Shown one piece after another: positions 12,108 to 25,579 of a stretch of DNA of 64,000 bases. The DNA comes from Fimicolochytrium jonesii (taxonomy: Eukaryota). The notes under the pieces were generated by a model. It saw only the letters and a program-made list of their open reading frames with translations. It had not been told where the DNA came from and did no database searches. The stretch lies in NCBI RefSeq assembly GCF_025526975.1, contig NW_026515670.1:310001-374000 (forward strand). The letters are read 5' to 3'. Every line of letters begins with the position of its first letter. Position 1 is the stretch's first letter. A program made the translations under genes and the position numbers.

Positions 12108-14488
12108 TCACCGTCCCTCATTGAGAGCCCTCAAAGTCGGCTTCCTCCTCAACGGCACCTGCAGGGCCGGTTTGGTCCCATGCCGCTCGTACATTCGCCC
12201 AAGGAAGCGGTCGATGCCGTAGGCCATGTAGTGGGAACGGGGGGAGGAGAGGATGTCGAACATGTGGTTTGCGCACTAAGGAAAGATAGATGTGAGTGTG
12301 GGTAGAGAGGGAGGGGTGGGGAGGGGATGGAGGCACGTACCGGGAACTCGATGTAGCAGATAGGTGACTTGGAGACCTTTTTGAAGCTTTGGACGAAATC
12401 GCGGACGGAGCGGAAGGGGACGAGGTGGTCGGCGCGGCCGCTGGTTGTTGGGGATAGGAAGGGTGGCATATCAGGAAAACCCAAACGTTTTATAGTGGTC
12501 TGGGAGAAAGGCGACGCAACTTACTGGAAGATCAAGAACGGCGGCAACTCCTCCGCCCCCGTCATCGCCCTCGGCTTCTTTCCCGCTTCCTCCTCACCAG
12601 CAACCTCAGCAGCAGCCACAACCGGCGCCTCAGCTTTGATCCTCGCCTCCTTCAACCCCTCCCCATGTGCCGGCTCATGTGACTCAGTAACCTGCGCGGT
12701 GACACCCGCCGATTTCCTCCTGAGCGCCTCGATCTGCTTCAACAGCAAGACAGGGCTCGAAGCCTTCAAAAACTCTTCATGGGCAGCATACCCATTCTTC
12801 CCGAACCCCGCAATGTACTGCGAGAACCATTCCTGGAACCTGTACCGCCAGAACCGCTTATGGTTGGTGAGATCCACCACGGCGTTGGTGAGCACGCAGG
12901 CCTGCACGGTCGTGTCCACGTCCTCAAAGCCCGGTTGGTAAAGCGGGTCGTTAGGGGTGAGCGCCGCCATGGAGGCCAGGTGGCCGCCCGCGGCGTTGCC
13001 GGAGATGGCGATGAAGGAGGGGTCGCCGCCGTAGCGGGCGATATGTTGGCGGACCCAGCGGATGGCGCGCTTAACGTCGATGAGGTGCGTGGGATACTTG
13101 GAGTGCGGGTAGAGGCGGTAGTTGACGCTGACGACGACCCAGCGTTTGAGCGCCATGTAGGAGACGAAGGGTGGGGTGATGGTTTTGTCGCCGGTGGACC
13201 AGGAGCCGCCGTGGATGTAGATCTGTGAGAAGGGAGGGGGTTGTCAGCGTACAGCGTTCCATCACACACACGCCGGGATTGCAGGAACATACCAGAACGG
13301 GCCTGTTTCGAGGGTAGCTTGGGTGCATGTGAACATCGAGGGACAGGTACAGTTCGGCGGCAGGGTTGTCCGACGCCTTCAGTTCCTCGTTCGTGGCATA
13401 GCAGATGTCAGGGTGGACGAGCACGCCCCTGGCGCTCCAGAAGGGGTTGAGCAGACGGAACCAGAATCCGAGGCTAGAGACGGGAGGGATAGTGGTCAGT
13501 CTCGCCATACTGAAAAAAAGCCCGTCCCGATAATCAAAATCAACGAAGCACGAACGCGATGCATGCTTCGCTCGCAACCACGATGTTGGCCGGCGAGAAT
13601 GAATCTTGCTTGTGCTCACTGCAAGCGGCTTCGCCAACTTTGCAGAGGCCTTCCCTCTGCCCTGTCTCGGCGCCGAGCCCGACCCCCCATTCACATCTCC
13701 CTCACGTTCCAACTTACTGAAAGAACCCCGGCGGATCATTGGAATCCAGAGCCCTATACTGCTTCGTATTCTCCTCCACAATAAAGCGCGCAAAATACGA
13801 CTGCAGAAACAGCGCCCAGATGCCCAGACACACCGCTACATCAAGATAGTACAGCGCGTGGGCGATCGAACCCAGGCAGAAGCACCATGATCCGCTGTGG
13901 CCAGCGGGGTAGGCGTCAAAGATCCCGGCGCCGGAGGCGAAGATGATGATAAAGAGTTTGAGGAGGAGGAAGATTTGGGGCATCTCTGTCCTGTAAGCCA
14001 TAAACGAGTGGGTCAGCGAGAATCAACATCATTCGAAAATGGGACCAGGCCATGTGATGAAGCACGGGATGGATGAACGATGCTCGCTGTCGCTTGCAGG
14101 GACTCGCTTCGCGCGCCAAAGTGTTCGTGCAGGTCGCCAAGCTCCCAGGACGAATGAACCTCGAGCATCCCTGAACACCGACCGCTTCGGTCGCCGCAGT
14201 CCGCAAATAAATCCCTCGCTTCGATCGGCACCACCTCCTCCCCTCCTCACCCGCTCGCTCTCTACCCCTATCCCACCACGCATCCTCCCATCCCACAACC
14301 CCCTGTCAAAATTCAACTCACATAACACTCGACAAAATCATGACATTCAACCTCCACTTCCGAGTCGTCTTTGCACTTGGCGGGACCTGCGACAGGACCG
14401 CGAGTGCGCCCGGGAGGAAGACGGCGGCGGCATAGACTGCTAGGCTGGCGTAGAGGCGGAGGGTTGACGTTGGTGAGGAGGAGGACAT
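12108..14488 (-). CDS. membrane-anchored HSL-family alpha/beta hydrolase; nucleophile Ser appears replaced by Ala
   Basis: N-terminal hydrophobic helices; IHGGSW, VNYRL, DVKRAIRWV, GNAAGGHLA, DHLVP, NHMFD; multiple introns. Confidence 0.8.
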
Positions 14489-15093
14489 TGTGGGAGTCGA
14501 TATTATGGGGTATGATGGGACGTGATGATCTAGATATGTATGAGCGCAGACGGAAGAGAGGGACGGACGGATGACCTCTCCCTCGCTCTTTTTAGGAGGT
14601 CTGATGGGGAGTGAGTTTGGGAATGATGTCTGGGGATGTCCAGGGGGGGTGCTGTCAAACGAGGCTTGCCCGTTGGAAGTGGGCCGCTACTGGCGACAAA
14701 TTTGAGCCCGTTTTCTCTCGCGGCTTTCCCCATGTGCTTCTTGTGCTTTTTCGGGCTCTTTAGCGCGTTTCCGTGCGATTTACTGTATTCCTCGGCGGCC
14801 CGTCCACATACCTACTGCGTTGTACTGGGTAACGAGAAAGGGCGCCCGCAGAGTCCATCATGCACTCGTCTTCGTGTGAAAGAGGCGGGGGCATTTGGTA
14901 GATCAAGGCTGCTCGTAATATGACACCTTGGACGAACGGACGAATGTACACTTTTTTTCGTGGTGTGAGGAGAGCTCTCTTCCACTCCAGTTCGGGGTTG
15001 CGGGATAGCTAGGTACCTATGGAACACCCTCCCACCATTGTGCCTTTCCACTGCCACTCCACCCATCCCACTTCCACCTCTCCCACCACCACC

Positions 15094-18000
15094 CTAAATA
15101 ACCAAATCCAACTCATACCTCTCATACACATTCCTCTGATCATTCTCAATCCTCGGCCAACACGCCACCAGCGCATCCTGCGCCCCAATATACAAATTAT
15201 TGTATATCTTCCAATACACCTCCCTCACCCTCCGCGCCGGATGAAACAGCCCCTGCATCACATAGTGCAGTATCACAGCCGGTCCGAGGGCCACTCGCAG
15301 GCCGTCGATCGCGTCCATCACCGCGTTGATGACGTGCGGGGACGTTTCAAAGATGTTGGGCCAGACAGTGTTGAGGAGATGGAGGAGGGCGTCTTCGCAG
15401 CCGAGACCAAAGACCCCGAGGGACATGTGTTTGACGGTTGTGCAGGCGGTCTGGCGGTGGACGAGGTCGCGGTCGACTAACGCGTCTTCGAGGAGAGGCG
15501 TGACGGCGTAGATGTAGTCTTTGCCCATTTCGCCGATATACTCAAACAAGAAACTCAGCGATTTCAAGACTCCATTCTGAACGTTCAGTTCCGGGACTCG
15601 GTACTCGTTCATCAACGCAGGCAGGACCGTGAACGGCGAACATGTTTCAGCCACGATAGCAATCGCGACTGTGGTGCAGACTCTGTTCTGACGTTCTTGG
15701 ACTTTGAGGTTGTTGAGTAACGTCGCGAGCACGTCTTGCGGGCCGATGGCTTTGGCGATGTAGCCGAAGGTGTTGACGGCGGCACGGCGGATGCCTTTTT
15801 TGTGCGCTTTGAGCATGTCCAGGAGCTCGAAACAGACCCGCATCCATTCGCGTGCAGAAACGAATTCGGCGCCGCGGTCTGCTATTCTTCCCACCAGGTC
15901 AATGCTGCGATAAGGAAAAGAGAGGAATCAGAAAACTGCAGCCTCTCAACCCGGAAGTAACGTCACTCTCTCCCCACACTCACCAGTTCTCCTGCACCTT
16001 CTCATGCCTATTCTTCAAAATCGGCGTCAACCTCGGCAAAAGATCCTTAATCGGCGGCGTCATATTCCCCATCCCAATCACATTCACAATACTCTTCAAC
16101 CCCCTCAAAATACTTCCCAGCACCTCCGGATACTCCTCGCCCAGGTACTCATACAACACCACGCCCAACTGACCCATCAGCTTCTCCTCCCCACACGTCT
16201 TCATCACCACCGCGATACGCGAGATCAGGTCCGCGGCCTGCTGACGCACTTTCGCGCTCTTGTTGTTGAGCCGCCAGAGGATGGTCGAGCAGATTTGTTG
16301 CAGATAGGGTTTGACGCGGAGGCCGAGGGCGTTGACGACGGTTCCAAAGCCGTTGAGCATGACGATATCCTCCACCGTCTGTTCCTGGAACGCATAGAGC
16401 ACACCGTCGATAAGCGTGACTTCCAACCGTTCATCAATGTCGGAGGTGCCGAGCTGCGACACGACTTTATCGATTGTTTCCATGACCATCTTGCGGTAGG
16501 GCTCGCTTTCGTCTTTGAGGTCTTCGACGATTTTGCCGACGATTTCAGCGACGCCAACGCGTTGGGCTAACTCCACTGTGGTCTCCACTAACTGCTTGTA
16601 GTTCCGGCGATCGAGTGCCATACGACGCACCCAAAAGTGCTTGAAAAACTCGGGCAAGATCTCCGCTTTGATGTAAGCCGGTTCAACCCCGTCAGTGCCC
16701 GCACACTGCTTCACAACCTTCAACACAATCTTCTTCATCTCCTCATCGGGCGACTGGAACTCGCGGATGAGGATAATCATCACCTCCTTCGTGTAATAAT
16801 TCGCATACTCGGCGTCCATCAAAGGTATAATGTATCCGATCGCCTTCAAGAAGGCCGCAAGGCCTTTACCGCGGTGCTTCTTGATCCCCGCCCACAGGGG
16901 TCGGAGGACGATATCAAACGATTCGATACCGTAAGGTGCCGCGGCTTCAGCAAGGGCGGCGATGGCGAGGGCGGTGATGGTGCGAACTTTCTGCTGCTCG
17001 TCTTCCAGGCCGTGAGCGATGGCTTCCACCAGACTCTTCAGATGCGGGAGGACGGCGCATCCCAACAAGATCGCAATCTGCTGCACGATCTTGATACCCG
17101 TGTGCCGAGCCTGCCACGATTTCTTCGATCTGCACACGGCTTTCAGGAAGGGGAGTAAAGAAGGGATACCCAATGCGGACGCGACGACAGAGAAGGCGCG
17201 AGCGGTGGTGTTGCGCACGTATTCATCCACATGGTCGATATCCGGGCGCATGGTGGCGATCATGGTTGCCAGCCCCGCGGCTTTACTGAGGTTGGAAATG
17301 ATCTCCCGCCCCTCAACACGGGCGTAGTAGTCTTCGTCGATGAGGAGGGGTTCGATGACGACGAGGATCTTGTGCACGTAGGGGCGGACGAGGTCGTCAA
17401 GTTTGTAGAGAACGCGGTCGATGACTTTGACAAGCAAGTGGCGTTCTTGGTCTTCCAGGGTTGGGGACATGAGCAGGGGCAGGATCTGGTTGAACAACGG
17501 GCCGGCGCCGAAATCCCGGGCTTTGTCGGTGATCTGCCTCAGAGCCGTTTTACGCATCGGCGGGGTCCCGTTCTTGATTTTGAGCAGCAACCGCATGATC
17601 TTGCGCTCTTTCAGTTCCTCAACGGTCAGTTCCAGTTCCTCGCGCTGATCCAACAACTTTCCAAAATGCTGCATATCTTCCGGTTTGAAGAACTGCAAGC
17701 CGCCGACCCCCGGGATCTCTGGCGGAACATCGTACATCTGCGTGCGGTCCTCCTCCTGCATCATGAACCCTGCGCCCGCTTGGCCCGCCATGGGAGTCGG
17801 CGTCGCCATCAGCTTCCGGGCCGGCGTGCGGATAGGTACGTAAGTAACGGGAGGTTCGAGGATCTTGTAGCCCTCAGTGGGGAACATGGCATCGAGGTCC
17901 TCGTCGGAGAGGTATCGGTTGCGGTAATCGATCTCCTTTTCCCATCGTTGTGCGTTGACGGCCTCGGGCGTCATGGGGATTTGGGAGCCACCCATAGGCG

Positions 18001-18970
18001 TCATCAACCCCATGTTGCCAACGGGGGTTGCTGCGAATTGGTTGAACGTGCCCACAGGGGTTTCGTCCCATCTTGAACGTTTGGTACCTCCGGGCGTAAC
18101 TCCACCAGCGGCGCTGGCGACCGGTGTCGCATCCCACGCCGACGAGCTCGCGGTATCAACCGGCGTCTCATCCCACCGATTCCTCTTCCGCGCCGGCACA
18201 GCTTCTGCTTTGGGGGTCTCATCCCACTTGCTAGCCTTGCTCCCTGACGAAGGCGCCGAATCATCTTCCTCCCATTCCGATTTCCTCTCCTGCTCATCCG
18301 AACCACCCTGATCCCATCTCCGTTTCCGCGGCGTCGCTGACGTGGCAGCGGCAGCAGCAGCATCAGCCTTCGCCTTCTCGACAGCCGCCTTAGCCTGCGC
18401 CTGAGCCAAAGCCCTCAAATCCCCAGTCCCCTCCATCTCCCTCCTCCTCTCCTCCTCCTCCTTGCCCTTCTCCGCCAACTTCCTCTGCAGATCCGCCGCC
18501 TCCCGATCCAGATTTGCCTCCCGCATCACCTCCGAATACGACCGCGCCTGTGCCGACTCTTTCTCCCCACCGGTTGAAAACGCATCCACTCGCTCGGGCG
18601 ATAACTGCCGATTCAGCCGTCGGGCGTGGTATTCGGACTCCCTATCCGCAATCTTGCGCGACGGGCGGAACGACTCCATTGGGTCCGGTGCATCTTCCTC
18701 CGCGGTCGTCTCCTCAAAGAACTGTTTGGGCGCCGTGACCGAAGACAGTTTCTTGCGTTGGTTCATTGCGGGATCTGCTGCATCATCGTCGTCGTCGGCA
18801 TCATTCACCGGGAGGGAAGCGCTGTAGCCTTCGAAACGGGATGCGCCTTTGCCGGCGTAGAGATCGGTGTCGTAGCTGACGTCGCCAACGAGGGAGGCTT
18901 TGTCCGTTTTCTTCTCGCTTTTGCGGGCGGCTTTTGTTGCCCTGATTTGGGCGTCTAAGTCGTCTGCCAT
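15094..18970 (-). CDS. SF3B1: U2 snRNP splicing factor 3B subunit 1 (Hsh155/Prp10)
   Basis: RWDETP ULM repeats, [18 protein letters not shown] repeats, C-terminal [18 protein letters not shown]; one intron ~15907-15982. Confidence 0.99.
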
Positions 18971-19320
18971 GATTGCTGTGTTTTGATGTTTCCCACTAAT
19001 ACGATCCGCTAAAAATTTCTATCCTCTGGGGTGATTCCAACGAAGTATAGCGGGGTATTGAGGAATATGGTGACAGAACGTTTGTGTATGGAGTTCTACT
19101 GCCCGTTATGGTATAGAAGAGAAAGTGGGAGAGCAGGACGACGACTGCAGGGCCAATCTGTCGTCGTTGTTCGGTGATATCTTCCCCGCAATCGGTGGCC
19201 TCCAGGGTCTTATTCAACTCAGGGACAGGCGCCACGTGAAGTCTTTCGCTTTTATATTGCGCTGACACTCCAATACGCTTCTGCCCTACGACGCCTATAC
19301 GTGCAGTACGCACGGGCTCG

Positions 19321-19506
19321 CAGCTAAAAACGACAAAAAAGGCTAAGAAAGCCGCGGCGGCTGCTAAAGCGGCTGCTTCGGTGAAGACAAAAACGGGCGT
19401 TGTGTATTCGGGACGCATTCCGCATGGGTTCTATGAGGACGAGATGAGGGGCTATTTTACCAGTTTATGGATGTTACGAGGTTGAGGCTTTCCAGGAATA
19501 AGAAGG
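19321..19506 (+). pseudogene. NOP15: NOP15/NIFK RRM fragment with frameshift
   Basis: KTGVVYSGRIPHGFYEDEMRGYF, then a 1-nt shift, then QFMDVTRLRLSRNKK; no start and no downstream exons found. Confidence 0.7.
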
Positions 19507-19813
19507 TGGGTTTTTGGCCAGAGGGATAGCGGGTGCAGGCGGGACACTTTTAGCTCGAGGCTCAAATACTGCTATATACAAAAAGGAAACCCATCCTCCC
19601 CTCCCTCATCGCTCCATCCCTCCGACTTCGCGCTTTCCACCCCATGTTCGCGCCTGCCTGTGACCCCAGTAGTGTGGGCATGATAGAATCATAGGTACGG
19701 CGAAGCTGTCCATTTTCCCAGGTTGCGGCGTGAATGGTACATGGGACGGGAGGCGGTCGTTCGACCTGCTGGTGCCAGGTGTGAGCGGCTCGTGCCATGT
19801 TATACTGGTATCA

Positions 19814-21026
19814 CTAGACAAGATCGGCCTTCGGTGGGGCGTGCTTCGCCAAAGCCTCCTTAATCAATTCAGTAATATCCTCCGCCTTCGCCGCCGCAAT
19901 GTTCGCGCAACCGAGCACCTGCGTTGCAGCAAGGGGCACACCTCCCGCTTTGGAGAGAGTGCAGATCTCGCGGTGTTTGTTAACAACGAAGGTCATTTCG
20001 CCGACTTGTATTTGCTCTTCGAGGAAGTTCGGGTCGACTACTTGGCGTTCGCTGTGGGGGAGGTGTGAGAGATGAATGGGAGCGGGTAAGGCGGATTTGT
20101 TTAGGAGGCGGTGCTACATACCCGTCGTCGAAGAAGGCGAAGGTGACGCAAATGGGGATGTGGTGGACGCTGAGTGGGATTGGATTCCGTTCTTCTACCG
20201 TGTGCTACATGAGATCACCGTGAGCGTGGTCAGCTATTGAATCCTCAAAGCCAGGCACCGGAATCACATACTGTTCGCTTACGATGGTAACTGTCTCCCC
20301 TGTAACAGTAACATCCGGCCTCCTAAAATGCAGCAACGCCGCAATCGCCGCAATGCACGCACAATCCACAATATTGCCCTCATGATCCAGCACGCGTAGA
20401 TCCACTCGGAGCTGCCACACCTTCTCCCCGGCAACAATGCACAGTCCCTCCGTGTCGATTGCGCGGGATTGTCGCAATGCCTTTTCGAGGAGCCGGCTGA
20501 CGAGGACTTCCTCTTCTGATAAGCTGCCCTCTTCGAATGCGGGGGAGGCCATCGGGGAGAAATCTGTGTTGAATTGGACGTTGCCTTCAGTCGGTGCGTT
20601 GGCGCGGGGTCTTATGATTTCGCAGGATACGTTTGCTGTTACTCTTCAGTAAAGAAAGAGAACCTGGTGAGCGGTGAGCGGACTTGTACCGGTGGTGGGA
20701 AAGTCTTCGTCTCCAACGATGTTGGCCATCGATGCGCATTCTTCCGCCAGCGCGCGATCAGCACACAGTACGCATAAACGTAGCCATGCCCTACTCCTCC
20801 CTGGTCCCTCGTCGCCCGCGGCTCCCACTCCCTAATCGCCTCTCCCTCTCTCCCACACCCACCTCGTCTTCCCCAGTCTGACTTCTGCGTGCCCCGACTG
20901 TGGCCCCAGCTCGATCCTCGTTTTGCGCACGTCATGTGGCCCTCTGCCGTCCACTCTTAGCCCTTGCTTGAGGGCATCAAGGATGAAAGCCTTTTCATTA
21001 TTGCTTGGTGGTGCTTCTTTGCCCAT
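19814..21026 (-). CDS. RRP45: exosome complex RNase PH-like subunit Rrp45/EXOSC9
   Basis: SNNEKAFILDAL..RVDGR, AIDTEGLCIVAGEKVWQLRVD, LLHFRRPDV, EICTLSKAGG; 3 introns. Confidence 0.96.
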
Positions 21027-21415
21027 CTTGTCTGTTGTGTTTTTGGGAGTTCAGCTGCGAGTTCGGCTGTTCGGGGCAGTCCTGAGGTCGTGGACGCGAG
21101 GGACCCTGTCACGTGATCCCGTCTTTCCAGACGAGAGACGACAGGACAAACAAGTCCAGGACAAACTGACAAAGGTCTTCCCAAGTCCTTGATTTCGTGG
21201 GAGAAACCACTCGAAGCAACGGCTCGTCGGCTGCACTACTCAAGAAAGAGGGCCTGTAGTAGTGGGAGGTAGAGAGAACCGCTGTCGCCGCTTTGACTTT
21301 CGGGACAAGAACGGACATCGACAACTCTGAAACGACCGCCGCACTTGGATCTGACCAACTCCAGCGCCGAAAACAACTTCTGAATCGATCCTCCAACCAC
21401 GTCACCTCTTCGACG

Positions 21416-24400
21416 ATGTCCATAAGAGACACCATCGAGTTCGACAAGGAGCTTCACTCTCTTTACGAGACAAAGCTACCAGTGTCGGCTTCAAAGATCA
21501 GCGCCCTCACAAAGCTCGCTGTGAAGCATGCTAAGGTACGGAATTCCTGTGTCTCAATTATCAGTCCCCTTCGCTTTTGGATCTGATCTTAATACATTCT
21601 CCACTCTAAACAGCATTACAAGAATATTGTCTTCAGCATCGAAAAATTCGTGCAAAAATGTCCCTCGGAACTCAAGCTGGCTGGGCTGTACGTCATCGAT
21701 TCTATAACAAGGGCCGTAGCGAAGCATCCTGAGGAAGGAGAAGAGTACATTGCAAGATTTGAGGAGAAACTGGATACGCTTATTCCGCACTTATTGCAAG
21801 CTCCCCAGAAAGACAAGGTATGATTTTTCTTCAAAGTTTCAACTACCTATGGCAGTTGGAATTCATGTCTGAATCTCCATTCTCTCCCCAAAAGGATCGG
21901 ATCAAAAGGACCGTCGGATTGTGGAAGAAAGGATCTCTGTTCAACGTCAGTTTGATCACCGACTTGGAGAAGAAGTATTTCACAGAAGAAGCCGCCGGCA
22001 ATGGAGCTGTTTCCGATCCCCGTTTAGCAACCGGAGGCAATATACCCGGGCTCAACACACCCGCTGATCCGCGACTTGGGGGAGGCGCTCCTGCAGCGTC
22101 AATCAATCCTGCGGGCTCTTTGGGAGGGCTGGACGCTTCCTTGTTGGGTGCTCTAGGATCGTTGGGAGGACAAGCAACTATACCGGGAGTGGACCTTGGC
22201 CAGATGATGCAGCTGTTGCAAGCCCAACAGCAACAGCAGCAACAGCAGCAAGCAAACCCTTTGATCAGTCAACTGTTAGGACTGCAAAATAACTCATCCC
22301 TAGCTGGCCTCGCCGGGCTGAACGCTGGATCCCTGGACGCTACACAATTGGCGACGCTGTCTTCCCTTCTTGGAAACTCCAATGCGAATGCTCAACAAAT
22401 CAACACCGACAAGCAGGCAGATTTCACAGGATCACAAATGTAAGTACAAACGTTACTGCTGCCTATGTTGGACCGTGTGGAAGTGCAAGTCTCTGCTCAG
22501 ACTGCACATGGGCATATTTGCGATTTCACCGGGGATAAAGTCAGGAGACATCAAACTGGACGTTGTTACCTGCTGGACAAATATTGGGCGTATACTTTCG
22601 CGAAAATACCCTCGTTAGAGTGTTTATGGAGAGAGAAGTGTGATACCGGGGTTTCTCTATCGACCGCCGGCGGATATCGTAACGTATACACCATGCACAA
22701 TACATGTTGTTCGGCTTAATAGAAAAATCTTCTACCGTCTAGTAATTGACACTGAGATTGAGAGACTGGGAAGGACGGAAACTGGATTTGAGCACGCTGC
22801 TTCTGCTGCTGCTATGTGCGGCGCGGCCGAGCTCAAGCGTGTCTCTGTGCGAATGGGTTTGGGGAAGGGGGAACGGTATGGCTACTGGAGAGCACCTCTA
22901 ATCATCCTGTCTACCATTCTCTCCCTTTGCACATCCACATGACAACTGGAACCCCTCCCACACATGAAATCATCCAAATCATTTGACCAACCAAAACCAA
23001 TGATGTCGCACCCTACACGCACATCACACGCACATCAGGCCAACAGCAACCATACCCGCCCAGCAACAACAACCGTCAACCCAAGCCCCTCAGCAACACC
23101 ACCACCGCGGACCAACTACCAGCGTCCTCGGCAGCAGCATCCCCTGGATGACGCAACCGCAGCCGGTCCCACCCGCCGCTGACACACCCACATCCGCGGG
23201 CGCACAGGATACTCAACAACGCCCTAACACATCCCGCTGGCAACAACAACCACCCACCTCCACCACCCCCAACACAAACCAAAATCAGAACCAATCCCAA
23301 ACATCCCGCTGGGGCCCTTCCACCTCCGACAATCAATCCCAACAACCCATAGGCCGCCCCATCCCCGTCGTCGGCTCCGATCGCGAAGGCGAGACCGCCG
23401 CCACGCCTTACCAGCAAGCACTCGCGCAGGGTGCGCAGCCGGCACAGCCGGGGGATTGTATGCCCGGGTATGTGGATCCGGGCGTGCCCAAGGAGTTTAT
23501 GAAGAGTAAGTGTCGGAAGTTTGAGTTTTGGGAGAAGGGGTATGGATGAGAGGCGATGGGGAGATGTTAATGTGGGTTTTTTTTGGTAGTTTTGACACGA
23601 ACGGTATACGTTGGCGGCATCACGCCGAATATCACGAAGGAGCAGTTGAGGGATTTGTTTGAGACTATTGCGCGGGTTGATACTGTTACCGTAAGTCTGG
23701 CCTGCCCCAACTTTCTCTTAGAACATACGCATTATCTGACATGTGATATCCTTTTGTCAGGTCAACTACCCGAAATTCAACGCCTTCGTCAAACTCCTCA
23801 CCCGCGCCGAGGCCGATCTGATCAAGGAGCGGTTTCATAAGTATACGTTCAGTGGGAGCATGTTGAAGGTACGAGAATGCGTCCCAGTTCTCCACGCTCT
23901 TGTTCTCCAGTACCGCCGAGACTGACACCAAACCCTTTTTTCAACAGCTCGGCTGGGGCTGCGGCTACGGCCCTAAAGAATTCTTCGACTACACAACCGG
24001 CGAGACTCTATTCCCGCTCGCCCGCATGTCGGACGTCGAGCGGCGCACCATCTCCCAATCCCCGCGCGGCGGCGGGCAGGTCGAGGGCGGGATGGTTGTT
24101 GAAGAGCCCGATTTTGGGTGGCCGCAGAAGGGGGAGGTTATCAAAGGGAAATATGCGGGAGGGGAACTCGTGCATGCGCCGGGGTATTTGGCGGCGGTTG
24201 CGCAGAGGGAACGGGGAGGTTTCAATAATCAGGCGACTGGGAGTGGGCCCGGGGCCGGCGCGGGTGGATTTAGCGCGAGGGGTGGGATGGGTGGGGCCGG
24301 TGCTGGCGGCGTAACTGCGATGAACATGAACATGGGCATGGCAATGGGGATGGGCATGGGAATGGGAATGGGCATGCCGACACGCGGGATGATGCCCGGC

Positions 24401-25081
24401 TTCAGCGGAGGCATGGGCATGCCCCAACAACAACAGCGCGCGTCGTATCGACAACAAAATCAACCCGGCGGCGGCGGCAGCCCCGGCGGAATCATGGTCG
24501 TCGCGGACCGCCAATACGACGAACGGCAAGAATCGTGGTCCCGCCCACGACAGGGGCAGCAGGATCGCGGGGAAGAGCATGTTGTCGTCCTTGGCGGCGG
24601 CGGTGGGGATGACGACGATGAACATACCAATACCCCTGCTCCGATGAAGAAAGAAGAACCCGACGCACCCGACCACCATCATCAAGCAACCCACAATAAA
24701 CCAATGCATCACGGCGGTCCCAACAACACGAACTTCCGCCACCGCCTCCCACCCACCGGCGCAGGCATGCCCCCACCCGACTTCTTCCCCTTCCCGCCCT
24801 TCGGTATGCCGGGAATGCCCATGCCGCCACCAGGCATGCGTCCGCCCCCGCACCACTATCCTCGACCTGGGATGTGGGATATGCCACCCATGGGACCGAT
24901 GGGCCCGATGCCGCCGCATATGGGTATGCCGCCGCCACATCATTTTGGGGGGATGGGGCGGAAGAGGGAGAGGGATGAGCGGGGACCGGGTGGGATGGGT
25001 GGAGGGAGGGAGAGAGAGGAGGAACATTCGAGGGATGGAGGCGATGAGGAGGGGAGGAGGATTAGGGGGAGGTGGGATTGA
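21416..25081 (+). CDS. NRD1: CID-RRM RNA polymerase II termination factor (Nrd1/Seb1/SCAF4-8 family)
   Basis: CID (VSASKISALT..KLAGLYVIDSI); RRM (TRTVYVGG..NAFVKL..GWGCGYGP..FDYTTG); Q-, G/M- and P-rich low-complexity regions. Confidence 0.9.
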
Positions 25082-25579
25082 GGATAGAGGGTTTCGCGCG
25101 GGCTTTGTATTTGTATTTGAGGAATATAAGATTTGGTTTATCTTTCGATGCCTTCTAGCGATGCCTACTCGAGATCTAGAGATCTATCCTTGGAGAGATA
25201 TGGCACCACACCACTTCATATTACCGCAATGGTCCCCGTCCTTCCTCAGCTCGCATCAGGCAGATGGACCATATCTCATTACGATGCTTCGCTTGTTCCT
25301 TTCTTTGTATCTGTTTGTTTTTTCAGGAGAAGAAATTTGAATCATACTTTTTGGTGCCAGGTGGGCGGCCGACCCGTGAGTTGACGGTTACTGACACTAT
25401 TTTATGCTCGCGTCCTGACAGTGACAGTGACAACGCTTTTTGGGAAAGCACTTGTCGGATGTCATATGGTATTACATGGATAATACAGCGGATGATGGTG
25501 TGTGTAAGTATCTATCTATGGTCTCGTAGCACCAGGCTACGAAACAGAAAGGGCTCTATATTAAAAGCGTTGCTTCCAT

